From positions 1 to 62,748 of the forward strand of contig JAQUUP010000010.1 of the NCBI GenBank assembly GCA_028693815.1: 62,748 nt of DNA. The letters run 5' to 3'. The position numbers were made by a program, and so were the translations under genes. The notes beneath the pieces were generated by a model. That model was not told the DNA's origin, made no database searches, and was given only the letters and a program-made list of their open reading frames with translations. The DNA is from Candidatus Omnitrophota bacterium. Its GTDB lineage: Bacteria > Omnitrophota > Gorgyraeia > Zapsychrales > Aceulaceae. Below are positions 19,786-29,141 of this stretch, in pieces; positions within the stretch are counted from its first letter, which is position 1, and every line of letters starts with the position of its first letter.

Positions 19786-20826
19786 ATGCATGAATTAAGA
19801 AAAGATCCGATTATTGGCCGCTGGGTTGTTATGGCAAAAGATAGAGCCAGACGTCCAGGTAATTTTATTGTTGCGGATAGAAGTAACGACGATATTTCTT
19901 TGGAAAAAGAATGTTGTTTTTGTGAAGGTCATGAAAAAGAAACCCCGCCTGAAATCTATGCCATTCGAGAAAATAATTCTAAGCCAAATTCTAAGGGTTG
20001 GAAGGTGCGCGTTGTACCGGATAAGAATCCTGTTTTAGAAACAGATGTTGATTTGACACCAAAAGGTCATGGACTTTATGATGTTCTTGAGGGGAGAGGA
20101 GCGCATGAGGTTATTATTGAGACTCCAAGTCATATTGCAAATATGGCTGATTTAGATATTTCGCAGATTGCACTAGTGATTCAGACATATGTAGCGCGCA
20201 TTAATGATCTTGAAAAAGATACTCGTTTGCAATATGTTTTGGCACATAAGAATTATAATTGGTCGAGGGACAATCAAAATATCACGCATTCTTATTCAGA
20301 GATTATTGCAACACCGATTAAACCTATGCGGGTTAAAGAAGAGCTTAATGGCTCAAAAAAGTATTTTGACTATCATGAGCGATGTATTTATTGCGATTTA
20401 ATTAAGCAGGAAATTGCTGCTCAAGAACGCGTTATTTTTGAAAATGACCATTTTCTTGTTGTGGTGCCTTTTGCATCAAGATTTCCGTTTGAGCTTTGGG
20501 TTTTACCTAAAAAACATAATGCACAATTTCCAAAAGGAGTCAGTGGGCTGGAAACTGAATTGGCAAAAGCATTAAAGGAAATTTTGCTTAAGATCAAAAT
20601 TGGTCTTGGTGATCCAGCATATCATTTTGTTGTTCATACAGCTCCATTTCAACGACAAAAAGAAAAACCGATGCAGGAGAATACTATGGAAGAGGATTAT
20701 CATTGGCACATTGAAGTTATGCCAAGATTGACACATACAGCTGGTTTTGAAAAAGGAACAGGTTTTTATATTTGTCCTATTCCGCCAGAAGAAGCGGCAA
20801 GTTATTTAAGAGAGGTTGAGATTTAA
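19786..20826 (+). CDS. Galactose-1-phosphate uridylyltransferase-like protein with a degenerate active site
   Basis: MHELRKDPIIGRWVVMAKDRARRP, CCFCEGHE zinc site, GAHEVIIE. The HxHxQ position reads H168-S-Y-S-E. Confidence 0.8.
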   Translation: MHELRKDPIIGRWVVMAKDRARRPGNFIVADRSNDDISLEKECCFCEGHEKETPPEIYAIRENNSKPNSKGWKVRVVPDKNPVLETDVDLTPKGHGLYDVLEGRGAHEVIIETPSHIANMADLDISQIALVIQTYVARINDLEKDTRLQYVLAHKNYNWSRDNQNITHSYSEIIATPIKPMRVKEELNGSKKYFDYHERCIYCDLIKQEIAAQERVIFENDHFLVVVPFASRFPFELWVLPKKHNAQFPKGVSGLETELAKALKEILLKIKIGLGDPAYHFVVHTAPFQRQKEKPMQENTMEEDYHWHIEVMPRLTHTAGFEKGTGFYICPIPPEEAASYLREVEI

Positions 20827-21840
20827 ATGGGAGAGTTGCGCAAAGATCCAATTTTAGGACGATGGGTTATTGTTAAAACAGAAAAATCTTTGATGCCTGA
20901 AGATTATGAGCAAGAGACGAGAGTTTTTCATCAGCAGGTAACGTGTCCATTTTGTCCTGAGCGAGAGAATCGAACGCCCCCAGAAATTGAAGCTATTCGC
21001 GATGGTGGCGGGGCAAATAGTTCTAATTGGCGTGTTCGCGTTGTGCCTAACAAATTTCCAGCGCTTGATATTTCAGGTGAAATTAATAGACGAGGTATTG
21101 GTGTTTTTGATATGTCGAATGGAATCGGAGCGCATGAAGTTATTGTTGAAACGCGGGATCACAGCAAAGATATCCCTGATCTAACAGATCAAGAAGTTTT
21201 TGATGTTATTAGCAAATATTGTTCTCGTTCTATTGATTTGGCAAAAGACCCGAGATTTAAATATGTTTTAATTTTTAAGAATTATGGCGTTCAAGCTGGC
21301 GCTAGTCTTGAGCATGCCCATAGTCAGGTGATGGCGCTTCCGATGGTTCCAAAATATGTTTTGGAAGCTTTGGAAGGTTCTGATCAGTATTATAGGTTTC
21401 ATGGACGTTGTATTTATTGTGACATTATTCAGCAGGAGATAAAAGATAAGGACCGAATTATTGCAGAAAACGAAGATTTTATTTGTTTCGCTCCATATGC
21501 GTCTCGTTTTTCTTTTGAATCATGGATTATGCCGAAAAAGCATCAGGCTCAGTTTTGCGAAATGAATGATGCTCAGAAATATAGTCTTGGAAAAATTTTA
21601 AAAGAAATGTTGATGCGGAATAAAGCCTGTTTATTCGATCCTTCATATAATTTCTTTATTCACACAGCTCCTGGTAAGTATCACTATCCAGAGGGATATC
21701 ATTGGCATATTGAGTTGATCCCAAAATTGACTAATATGGCTGGTTTTGAATGGGGCACTGGGTTTTATGTGGTTCAAACGGACCCTTTGATTGCGGCAAA
21801 ATTCTTAAGAGAAGCTAAAATAGGGCAATCCACATCGTAG
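20827..21840 (+). CDS. galT: Galactose-1-phosphate uridylyltransferase family (HIT superfamily), canonical active site
   Basis: MGELRKDPILGRWVIV, CPFCPERE, GAHEVIVE, FKNYGVQAGASLEHAHSQ (HxHxQ intact). It starts 1 nt after the paralog's stop. Confidence 0.85.
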   Translation: MGELRKDPILGRWVIVKTEKSLMPEDYEQETRVFHQQVTCPFCPERENRTPPEIEAIRDGGGANSSNWRVRVVPNKFPALDISGEINRRGIGVFDMSNGIGAHEVIVETRDHSKDIPDLTDQEVFDVISKYCSRSIDLAKDPRFKYVLIFKNYGVQAGASLEHAHSQVMALPMVPKYVLEALEGSDQYYRFHGRCIYCDIIQQEIKDKDRIIAENEDFICFAPYASRFSFESWIMPKKHQAQFCEMNDAQKYSLGKILKEMLMRNKACLFDPSYNFFIHTAPGKYHYPEGYHWHIELIPKLTNMAGFEWGTGFYVVQTDPLIAAKFLREAKIGQSTS

Positions 21841-21869
21841 GTTTTCTTTCAAATAAATTTTCAAAGCTC

Positions 21870-21897
21870 TTGACTAAATAAAGGGAATGATTATAAT
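21870..21897 (+). promoter_or_regulatory. Near-consensus sigma70 promoter for gap
   Basis: TTGACT (21870-21875), 16-nt spacer, TATAAT (21892-21897). Confidence 0.5.
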
Positions 21898-21975
21898 AGT
21901 CATTCTTAAGATTAGATATTTTAAATTTATTACGATCATAAAATCACTTATTAACAAACCAGATGGAGGAAGATT

Positions 21976-22965
21976 ATGAAAATAGGAATTAATGGTTTTG
22001 GACGCATTGGAAGAATGGTACTTCGTGTTGCTATGAAAAAAAGCAATATTGAAATTGTCGGAATTAACGATTTGACAGATGCTAAGACATTGGCACATTT
22101 ATTGAAATATGATTCTGTTCAAGGTAGATTTGATGGAACTATTGAAGCAAAAGACAGTGCAATTGTTGTTAATGGCAAAGAAATTCCAGTGACGGCGATT
22201 AGGAATCCAGCTGAGATTCCATGGGGAAAATATGGTGTTGATGTTGTTGTTGAATCAACAGGTGTTTTTCGTAAAAAAGAACAGTGTCTAGAGCACATTA
22301 AGGCAGGGGCTAAAAAAGTTATTTTAACAGTTCCTTCTAAAGATGAAATTGATAACACGATTGTTTTAGGTGTTAATGATAATGAGCTAAAGAGTACAGA
22401 CGTTGTTGTTTCAAATGCATCTTGTACAACAAATTGTTTGGCTCCGATGGTTAAGGTGTTAAATGATAATTTTGGTTTGGTTAAAGGGTTGATGACAACA
22501 ATTCATTCTTATACAAATGATCAAAGTCTTCTTGATTTTCCACATTCTGACTTGAGACGCGCCCGATCAGCTGCTGTTTCTATGATTCCAACAACAACAG
22601 GAGCTGCTAAAGCGGTAGGAAAAGTTATTCCAGCACTTAATGGAAAATTAAACGGAATGGCGATTCGCGTACCAACTCCAGATGGATCTGTCACTGATTT
22701 TGTTGCTGAACTTAAAAAAGAAGCTACAGTTGAAGAAATTAACGCTGCTATGAAAAAAGCAGCTGAAGGTCCTCTAAAAGGTATTTTAGAGTATTGTGAT
22801 GAGCCAATCGTTTCTTGTGACATCATTGGAAATCCGCATTCATGTATTTTTGATGCGTTATCAACAATGATTTCTGGAAATATGGTAAAGGTCATTGGTT
22901 GGTATGATAATGAGTGGGGATATTCAACCAGAGTTATTGAGTTGGCAGAAAAGCTTGCAAAATAA
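21976..22965 (+). CDS. gap: Glyceraldehyde-3-phosphate dehydrogenase (type I)
   Basis: [34 protein letters not shown]. Confidence 0.95.
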   Translation: MKIGINGFGRIGRMVLRVAMKKSNIEIVGINDLTDAKTLAHLLKYDSVQGRFDGTIEAKDSAIVVNGKEIPVTAIRNPAEIPWGKYGVDVVVESTGVFRKKEQCLEHIKAGAKKVILTVPSKDEIDNTIVLGVNDNELKSTDVVVSNASCTTNCLAPMVKVLNDNFGLVKGLMTTIHSYTNDQSLLDFPHSDLRRARSAAVSMIPTTTGAAKAVGKVIPALNGKLNGMAIRVPTPDGSVTDFVAELKKEATVEEINAAMKKAAEGPLKGILEYCDEPIVSCDIIGNPHSCIFDALSTMISGNMVKVIGWYDNEWGYSTRVIELAEKLAK

Positions 22966-22989
22966 TTTTTTTAAAGAATAGCAAAAAAA

Positions 22990-23020
22990 GGGCGCAACAA
23001 AAAAGTTGCGCCCTTTTTTA
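22990..23020 (+). terminator. Rho-independent terminator after gap
   Basis: gggcgcaac-aaaaaa-gttgcgccc stem-loop followed by TTTTTT. Confidence 0.8.
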
Positions 23021-23087
23021 TTTCTCTATTTTGAAAATAAGGTATAATAAATATAAATCAGTTGTTTATTATGCATAGGAGAAAGAT

Positions 23088-23747
23088 ATGAATTTTTTAA
23101 AAATAGCACAAGAGAAGATGAATGTTCTTCTTTTTGTATTGATTTCACTTTTCTTTTTGATGCCCGCACTTCAAGATGTTCATCCGATTATTCCCATATC
23201 GCCATTTGTGTTCTTTTTTATTCTCGTTTTGTCTCTTCGAGCAGGGTCTTTGAAAATGAAGACTTTTTGGCAATCGATTCTATTAGTTGCGATTGGTTTT
23301 TTTCTTGATCTTATTCTCGCGTTCATTACTACTCCGCTTCTCGAGAGGGTTTTGATTGTTTCTGTTCATGGAATCTATATCTTGATTTTAGGGCTTTCGA
23401 TCAAAATGATTATAAAAAAGTTGATGGAGCAAGAGGACGACGTTGTTAATATTTTTAAATCTGGAATTTGTGGATATTTATTGATTGGTTTGTTATGGGC
23501 GGTTCTCTATTCTTTTACGTATTGGATTAATCGTGCAAACTTCTCTACTTACGAGTTAGGACAGATACCATTTTTTTATTTTAGTTATTCTGTTTTGACA
23601 TCCTTGAAATTTTCTGGTGTTTTTCCGGTTACAACATGGGCGATTAGTTTGGCGTATCTCGAGATTATTTCTGGACAAATATTTTTAATTATTTTTGTGG
23701 CTCGCATGGCGGCTATTTTTATTAAAAAACAAAATATATTTAGATGA
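23088..23747 (+). CDS. Multi-pass membrane protein; the C-terminal half looks like a 2-TM pore-loop ion channel with a degenerate selectivity filter
   Basis: Six or so hydrophobic segments. [21 protein letters not shown] sits where K+ channels carry F.S..TLTTVGYGD. Stop/start overlap with gpmA. Confidence 0.45.
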   Translation: MNFLKIAQEKMNVLLFVLISLFFLMPALQDVHPIIPISPFVFFFILVLSLRAGSLKMKTFWQSILLVAIGFFLDLILAFITTPLLERVLIVSVHGIYILILGLSIKMIIKKLMEQEDDVVNIFKSGICGYLLIGLLWAVLYSFTYWINRANFSTYELGQIPFFYFSYSVLTSLKFSGVFPVTTWAISLAYLEIISGQIFLIIFVARMAAIFIKKQNIFR

Positions 23748-24505
23748 TAAAAGATATTTATAAGATTGTTTTACTTCGTCATGGTGAAAGCATTTGGAAT
23801 CGGGAAAATAGATTTACTGGATGGACAGATGTGGATTTGTCTGAAAACGGAATCGCCGAAGCCCACAAAGCAGGGCAAGTTTTAAAAGAAGAAGGTTTTG
23901 TTTTTGATGTTGCTTTTACGTCTGTTTTAACTCGCGCAACACACACCCTTTCAATTGTGCTTCAAGAGATGGACTTATCGTCAATTCCTGTTTCTTTTTC
24001 TTGGCGTTTAAATGAGCGGCATTATGGAGCTTTGCAGGGATTAAACAAAGCCGAGACAGCAAAAGAATATGGAGAGAGCCAAGTTCATATTTGGCGAAGA
24101 AGCTATGATGTTTGTCCGCCGCCTTTGACAAAACAAGATCAACGTTATCCTGGGTTTGATGAAAAGTATAAAAACTTAGATGAGAGCGATATTCCTTTAA
24201 CTGAAAGCTTAGAAAAAACAGTTAATCGATTTTTACCTTTTTGGCATAATACAATTACGCCTGAGATAAAGAAGGGGAAGAGAATTTTGATTGCCGCCCA
24301 CGGTAATAGTTTGCGCGCTTTAGTTAAGCATCTAGACGGCATTTCTGATCAAGATATTTCTAGTCTTAATATTCCAACAGGCATTCCATTGGTTTATGAG
24401 CTTAACTTAAATTTATGTCCAATTAAACATTATTATTTAGGAAAACCTGAAGATATCAGAAAAGCCACAGATTCTGTGGCTTCGCAGGGAAAAATAACAA
24501 AATAA
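23744..24505 (+). CDS. gpmA: 2,3-bisphosphoglycerate-dependent phosphoglycerate mutase
   Basis: [49 protein letters not shown]. Confidence 0.95.
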   Translation: MIKDIYKIVLLRHGESIWNRENRFTGWTDVDLSENGIAEAHKAGQVLKEEGFVFDVAFTSVLTRATHTLSIVLQEMDLSSIPVSFSWRLNERHYGALQGLNKAETAKEYGESQVHIWRRSYDVCPPPLTKQDQRYPGFDEKYKNLDESDIPLTESLEKTVNRFLPFWHNTITPEIKKGKRILIAAHGNSLRALVKHLDGISDQDISSLNIPTGIPLVYELNLNLCPIKHYYLGKPEDIRKATDSVASQGKITK

Positions 24506-24515
24506 CGACTTTTCT

Positions 24516-24534
24516 AATGATGCTGCATCATTTT
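24516..24534 (+). terminator. Weak hairpin plus T-run after gpmA
   Basis: aatgatgc-t-gcatcatt followed by tttt. Confidence 0.35.
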
Positions 24535-24706
24535 AATTTGCGTCTTATCCGTATTAAAATTAATAAAACCAGGGTACTTTTTGTCACGCATTTTCTATCG
24601 TAAGGTCTTCAATTATGTTTTTTGTTTAAAAGAGCTTACGGAATAGTCCTTTAGGCATTTGAAGAGGACCATAATTTGTTGGAAAGAAATAACTTATGCG
24701 TATTCT

Positions 24707-24733
24707 AATATTCTTTAGCCTCTAAAGAATATT
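24707..24733. promoter_or_regulatory. 12-bp-stem hairpin abutting the trxA -35 box
   Basis: aatattctttag-cct-ctaaagaatatt, perfect arms. Confidence 0.4.
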
Positions 24734-24734
24734 A

Positions 24735-24763
24735 TTGATATAAACCTTAAATATTTGTATAAT
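24735..24763 (+). promoter_or_regulatory. Putative sigma70 promoter for trxA
   Basis: TTGATA (24735-24740), 17-nt spacer, TATAAT (24758-24763). Confidence 0.5.
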
Positions 24764-24773
24764 ACATTTTCAC

Positions 24774-24795
24774 TATATATACATATGTATATATA
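24774..24795. promoter_or_regulatory. Perfect 22-bp AT-rich palindrome in the trxA leader (possible operator)
   Basis: tatatatacatatgtatatata equals its own reverse complement. It begins about 11 nt after the -10 box. Confidence 0.4.
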
Positions 24796-24839
24796 AATCT
24801 AAATATATTTTTATAAATTTAACGAAAGGGGAGCGCTTT

Positions 24840-25160
24840 ATGGGAGCATCTCATTTAACAGAGAAAAATTTTGAGCAGGAAGTCGTCAATTCAGAGATTC
24901 CAGTTTTGGTTGATTTTTGGGCGGAATGGTGCGGTCCTTGCAAGATGATGAGTCCAATTCTTGATGAGTTGGCTGATGAATTGGCTGGAAAGGCTAAGGT
25001 CGCGAAGGTTAATGTGGATGAAGCTCAAAGCTTAGCTGTAAAATACGGGATCATGTCTATCCCAGCATTTATTTTGTTTAAAAATGGTGAAGCTGTTGAT
25101 CAGGTTGTCGGAGCTGTGGCAAAGGATCAGTTATTAGAGCAAATTAATAAGAATTTATAA
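24840..25160 (+). CDS. trxA: Thioredoxin
   Basis: VDFWAEWCGPCK active site, 106 aa, GGGGAG RBS. Confidence 0.95.
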   Translation: MGASHLTEKNFEQEVVNSEIPVLVDFWAEWCGPCKMMSPILDELADELAGKAKVAKVNVDEAQSLAVKYGIMSIPAFILFKNGEAVDQVVGAVAKDQLLEQINKNL

Positions 25161-25189
25161 ATTAGGGCAGGACGAGAGGACGCTGAGAG

Positions 25190-25540
25190 ATGATTTTGAC
25201 TATTCTGAAATCAAAAATTGCAAATGCTTGCGTGACAGAGGCTGAGCTGTATTATGAAGGAAGTATTACTGTTGATGAAGCAATCTTAAAAAGTGTTGGT
25301 ATTCTCCCTGGAGAAAAAGTTGAGCTTTTAAATATAAATACTGGTTCTAGAATTGAAACGTATGCTATTGCGGGAAAAGAAAACTCGGGAGTTGTTTGTC
25401 TGAACGGTCCTGCAGCTCGATCAGGATGCGTAGGAGACAAGCTTATTATTTTAAGTTATTGTTTTTTAGAAGAAAATCAAGCAAAGACACATAAGGCAAA
25501 GGTTGTTTATTTAGATGATCAAAACAAAGTTAAGAATTAG
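25190..25540 (+). CDS. panD: Aspartate 1-decarboxylase (pyruvoyl-dependent)
   Basis: LKSKIANACVTEAELYYEGSITVD (Gly-Ser self-cleavage site), LNGPAAR. Confidence 0.9.
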   Translation: MILTILKSKIANACVTEAELYYEGSITVDEAILKSVGILPGEKVELLNINTGSRIETYAIAGKENSGVVCLNGPAARSGCVGDKLIILSYCFLEENQAKTHKAKVVYLDDQNKVKN

Positions 25541-26039
25541 GACATATGGGGATCCTTGTTTAAGAAGGAAATCAGAGCCAGTTAAGAAAATTGGTCCTGC
25601 TGAACGTATGCTCATTAATGTAATGATTAACACAATTGCAGATAACGAAAATGAAATTGGCCTGGCAGCACCACAAATAGGAATTAATAAGAAAATTTTT
25701 ATTGTTGATCTTCCTGAATTTCCAAGAGTTTTTGTTGATCCCAAGATCCTAAAGAAAGAGGGCCAATCGTCTATGGAAGAAGGGTGCCTGAGCTTTCCTG
25801 GGTTTGCCTTTACGATTAAGAGACCAAAAAAAATTACTGTTGAATATCTAGATGAGAATAAAAAGAAACGAATTATTGAATGTGAAGATTTCTTTGCTCG
25901 CGTTATTTTGCACGAGACAGATCATCTTGATGGGGTGCTTTTTGTCGACCGTGCAAGCGAGGAAGAAAGAGCGCAGAATCAAAAAGCATTGGATAACTTA
26001 GCAAAAAAGACTAAAAAAGATTTAAAAATAAATTCGTAA
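25515..26039 (+). CDS. def: Peptide deformylase
   Basis: GLAAPQIG, EGCLSFPG, HETDHLDG. Confidence 0.9.
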   Translation: MIKTKLRIRTYGDPCLRRKSEPVKKIGPAERMLINVMINTIADNENEIGLAAPQIGINKKIFIVDLPEFPRVFVDPKILKKEGQSSMEEGCLSFPGFAFTIKRPKKITVEYLDENKKKRIIECEDFFARVILHETDHLDGVLFVDRASEEERAQNQKALDNLAKKTKKDLKINS

Positions 26040-26044
26040 AATAG

Positions 26045-26941
26045 ATGACAGTTGTACAAAGAATACTTCCTAGTTGGTTTAAGCAAAAGATTCCTAATAA
26101 AAATAAGATTGATTCCATGAAAGAATCATTTGCTCAGTTAGGAATTTACACGGTTTGTGAACATTCTTATTGTCCTAATATGGGATCTTGTTGGTCAGCT
26201 GGCGTTGCAACATTTATGATTTTAGGCGATCGTTGCACTAGAGCTTGTCGATTTTGTGCGGTTGAATCGGGGCAGGCTAAAGAAGTTGATCCTTTTGAGC
26301 CTTGTCATGTAGCTCAGGCGGTAAAGCGACTAGGGTTAAAATATGTTGTTGTGACATCTGTGACAAGAGATGATTTGGAAGATCAAGGAGCAGCGCAATT
26401 TTCTAAGACGATTCAAGAAATTAAGGCGTCTGTTCCGGGAATAAGGATTGAAGTATTGGTTCCTGACTTTTTGGGTAATGAAAATTTAATCAAAATTGTT
26501 TTGGATGCAGAACCTAGTGTTTTTGGACATAATCTTGAGACGGTTAAAAGATTGTCAACACTCTTTCGACCACAAGCAGATTATGAAAGATCTCTGAATG
26601 TTTTAAGATTAGCAAAACAATTGAATCCAGGTATCTTTACTAAATCTGGATTGATGGTTGGTCTAGGTGAGACTAAGCAAGAGGTGAAGCAGGCGATGCG
26701 GGATTTGAGGGCAGCTGGGTGTGATCTTTTGACCATTGGTCAGTATTTAGCACCGTCAAAAAAAGAGCGTCACGTTTGTGTTGATCGTTTTGTTTTGCCA
26801 GATGAATTTAAAGAGTACAAAACTTTTGGTATGTCTATTGGATTCGGACATGTTTTAAGCGGCCCACTCGTTCGAAGTTCATATTTAGCTGAGGACGGAT
26901 ACCAAAATTGTTTAAATAGATTAAAGGGTTTAGATATATAA
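26045..26941 (+). CDS. lipA: Lipoyl synthase
   Basis: CEHSYCPNMGSCW auxiliary cluster and CTRACRFC radical SAM cluster motifs. Confidence 0.9.
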   Translation: MTVVQRILPSWFKQKIPNKNKIDSMKESFAQLGIYTVCEHSYCPNMGSCWSAGVATFMILGDRCTRACRFCAVESGQAKEVDPFEPCHVAQAVKRLGLKYVVVTSVTRDDLEDQGAAQFSKTIQEIKASVPGIRIEVLVPDFLGNENLIKIVLDAEPSVFGHNLETVKRLSTLFRPQADYERSLNVLRLAKQLNPGIFTKSGLMVGLGETKQEVKQAMRDLRAAGCDLLTIGQYLAPSKKERHVCVDRFVLPDEFKEYKTFGMSIGFGHVLSGPLVRSSYLAEDGYQNCLNRLKGLDI

Positions 26942-26954
26942 AAGGGTTTAGAAT

Positions 26955-27941
26955 TTGAAGAAGAAAATCAAAGAATTAGCCTCATTATTGCTACGAGTAG
27001 GATTAAGTGCAGCGTTGCTTTTTTATCTTTTTAAGAAAATCGATGTTGCCAAAATGATGGATATTCTGAAAGAAGCAAATTTTGCTTATCTTTTTGCTGG
27101 TTTATTTTTTATGTTTGTTATTTATTTTCTTATTTTGATTCGATGGGACATTATTATCCGTTATTTGGGAATCAAGGTTCCATTTAAAAGCGTGGCACGT
27201 TGTTTTTTGATTGGTTCTTTTTTTAATTTATTTTTACCAACATCAACAGGTGGAGATGTTGTAAAGACCATTGGGCTTTTTAGAGATACATCTGAGAAAA
27301 CAAAGGTGGTCGCCTCGGTGCTTTTGGATCGAGTTTTTGGTCTTGTGGCTTTGGTCATCGTTTCGATTGTTGCTTTTGCATCGGCGTACCGAATTGTTTA
27401 TGATAAATTTTTGTTGATCGCCATTGGAATGATATCTTTAGCTACGGCATTAGGTATTTTGTTTCTTTTTAATGAACGGCTTTATTCGTTTGCTTGCCAG
27501 GTTTTTAATAAATGGCCAGTTGTTAAAGATAAATTGATGGAGCTTCATTATGCGATTGTGCTGATTAAAGAAAAAAAACAGGCATTATTTTTAGTCATTA
27601 GTATTTCTTGTTTTGTTCAGGTCTTGTTAGCGATAGTATTTTATCTGACCGCAAAAGGCTTGCACCAAGATGTTGGATTAATTTATTGGATTATTTTTGT
27701 TCCCTTGATTTGTGTTGCATCAGCTTTTCCATCGATTGGTGGTTTGGGTGTTCGGGATGTGAGCTCTGTTTATTTGTTTTCAAAGGTCGGCGTTGCTGCG
27801 GCAACGGCTGCCAGTATGAGTTTGATTAATTTCTTATTTATGGCTATTATTGGCTTGATTGGGGCAATGGTTTATGTCTGTTCATTATCTCATAGACGGG
27901 TACAATGCTGTTTATCAGATTCCAAATCTTCTGAGGGGTAG
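26955..27941 (+). CDS. Flippase-like / LPG-synthase-TM (UPF0104) family membrane protein
   Basis: Multi-TM protein with FLIGSFFNLFLPTSTGGDVVK, characteristic of the family. TTG start. Confidence 0.7.
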   Translation: MKKKIKELASLLLRVGLSAALLFYLFKKIDVAKMMDILKEANFAYLFAGLFFMFVIYFLILIRWDIIIRYLGIKVPFKSVARCFLIGSFFNLFLPTSTGGDVVKTIGLFRDTSEKTKVVASVLLDRVFGLVALVIVSIVAFASAYRIVYDKFLLIAIGMISLATALGILFLFNERLYSFACQVFNKWPVVKDKLMELHYAIVLIKEKKQALFLVISISCFVQVLLAIVFYLTAKGLHQDVGLIYWIIFVPLICVASAFPSIGGLGVRDVSSVYLFSKVGVAAATAASMSLINFLFMAIIGLIGAMVYVCSLSHRRVQCCLSDSKSSEG

Positions 27942-28347
27942 TTTGCAGGAATCTCGAGAGAGTCTTGTTCGCCTTGTTGAACAAGATTGTCCGCAGGGAA
28001 GTTCTCGAAACCTGGTAACCATTGTGTTTGATGGTCAGCCTGGAGTAGGCATTAATGCATATGCGGTAGCACCAAAAATATTGTTTACCGAAAACGAAAC
28101 AGCGGATGAAGCAATTAAGAAAATTGTTGAGAGAGCAGATTTAAAAAAGAATATTATTGTTGTTACAGATGACAAAGAAATACAGTTTTATGTTCGTCAG
28201 TTTGGGGCAAAGGTTTTAGCTGTTAAAGATTTTTTCTTGAGAAAGCCAGGTAAGAAGAAAAAAGATTTTCAAAGGTCGATTACAAATACGGAAGAATGCC
28301 AGATTAATCAAGAACTTAAAAAGGTGTGGCTTAAAAAAGGCGAATGA
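27874..28347 (+). CDS. YacP/NYN-domain (PIN-like) predicted RNase
   Basis: MSVHYLIDGYNAV start, VTIVFDG, VVTDDKEIQ. The start is taken at the second Met of the track ORF (27859). Confidence 0.7.
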   Translation: MSVHYLIDGYNAVYQIPNLLRGSLQESRESLVRLVEQDCPQGSSRNLVTIVFDGQPGVGINAYAVAPKILFTENETADEAIKKIVERADLKKNIIVVTDDKEIQFYVRQFGAKVLAVKDFFLRKPGKKKKDFQRSITNTEECQINQELKKVWLKKGE

Positions 28348-29132
28348 AAATATTAATTTTTTTAAAACATTTCTTTCAAAGTGCACTTGAAGGCATTGCT
28401 GGTCTTGGAAACGCCTTGTATTTCTTGGTTAGTGTATTAAATCGAATCGTCAGAGGAAAAATTCGATTTTCGGAAGTTATAAAGCAAATTTATGAACAGG
28501 GCATGCAGTCTGTGGTTGTCATCGCTCTTACGTCGATTGCTTCTGGTGTTGTTTTAGCTTTGCAGGGATATGTTATGCTTGACCGATTTGGGGCAAAAGA
28601 AAAGGTAGCTGCCTTAGTTGCTCTTTCGCTTGTTCGAGAGCTTAGCCCTGTTTTTAGTGCTTTGGTTTTTTCTGGAAAAGCCGGAGCACGACTTACGGCA
28701 GAATTGGGAGCAATGAATGTTAACAATCAAATTGTTGCAACCAAAGTTATGGGTGTTGATCCGATTGAGTTTTTGGCTGTTCCGAGAATGTTAGCGTGTT
28801 TCCTTGTTTTGCCTATTTTAGTTGTGATGTCTGAGATTATTGGAATCACGGGTGGGTATTTAGTTGGAGTTTTTGAGGCGAATATTCCAGGATCGTTTTA
28901 TATTAATCAAACATTACAATCGATTGATTATGTTGATTTCTTTAGTGGTTTTATTAAAACATTCTTTTTTGCTATTTTAATTGGATGGATTTGTTGTTAT
29001 CAAGGTTTTGTCACAAAGGGTGGATCGTTAGGGGTTGGTCGTTTCACGACAAAAGCTGTTGCTTTGGCTTATATTTTGGTTGTTGTTTCAAATACAATAT
29101 TGACAAAAATTATTTTGACATTTTGGGGATAG
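28344..29132 (+). CDS. mlaE: Phospholipid ABC transporter permease MlaE
   Basis: 262-aa multi-TM protein with QSVVVIALTSIASGVVLALQG and LVRELSPVFSALVFSGKAGA, typical of the MlaE/Ttg2B family. Confidence 0.85.
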   Translation: MKILIFLKHFFQSALEGIAGLGNALYFLVSVLNRIVRGKIRFSEVIKQIYEQGMQSVVVIALTSIASGVVLALQGYVMLDRFGAKEKVAALVALSLVRELSPVFSALVFSGKAGARLTAELGAMNVNNQIVATKVMGVDPIEFLAVPRMLACFLVLPILVVMSEIIGITGGYLVGVFEANIPGSFYINQTLQSIDYVDFFSGFIKTFFFAILIGWICCYQGFVTKGGSLGVGRFTTKAVALAYILVVVSNTILTKIILTFWG

Positions 29133-29141
29133 GAGGAAAGC

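Noticed and set aside
27859-27941. Overlap of about 70-80 nt between the flippase-like gene and the YacP/NYN gene, considered as possible programmed frameshifting.
   Set aside because: There is no slippery heptamer or obvious stimulatory structure. Both proteins look complete in their own frames, so simple overlapping genes are sufficient.
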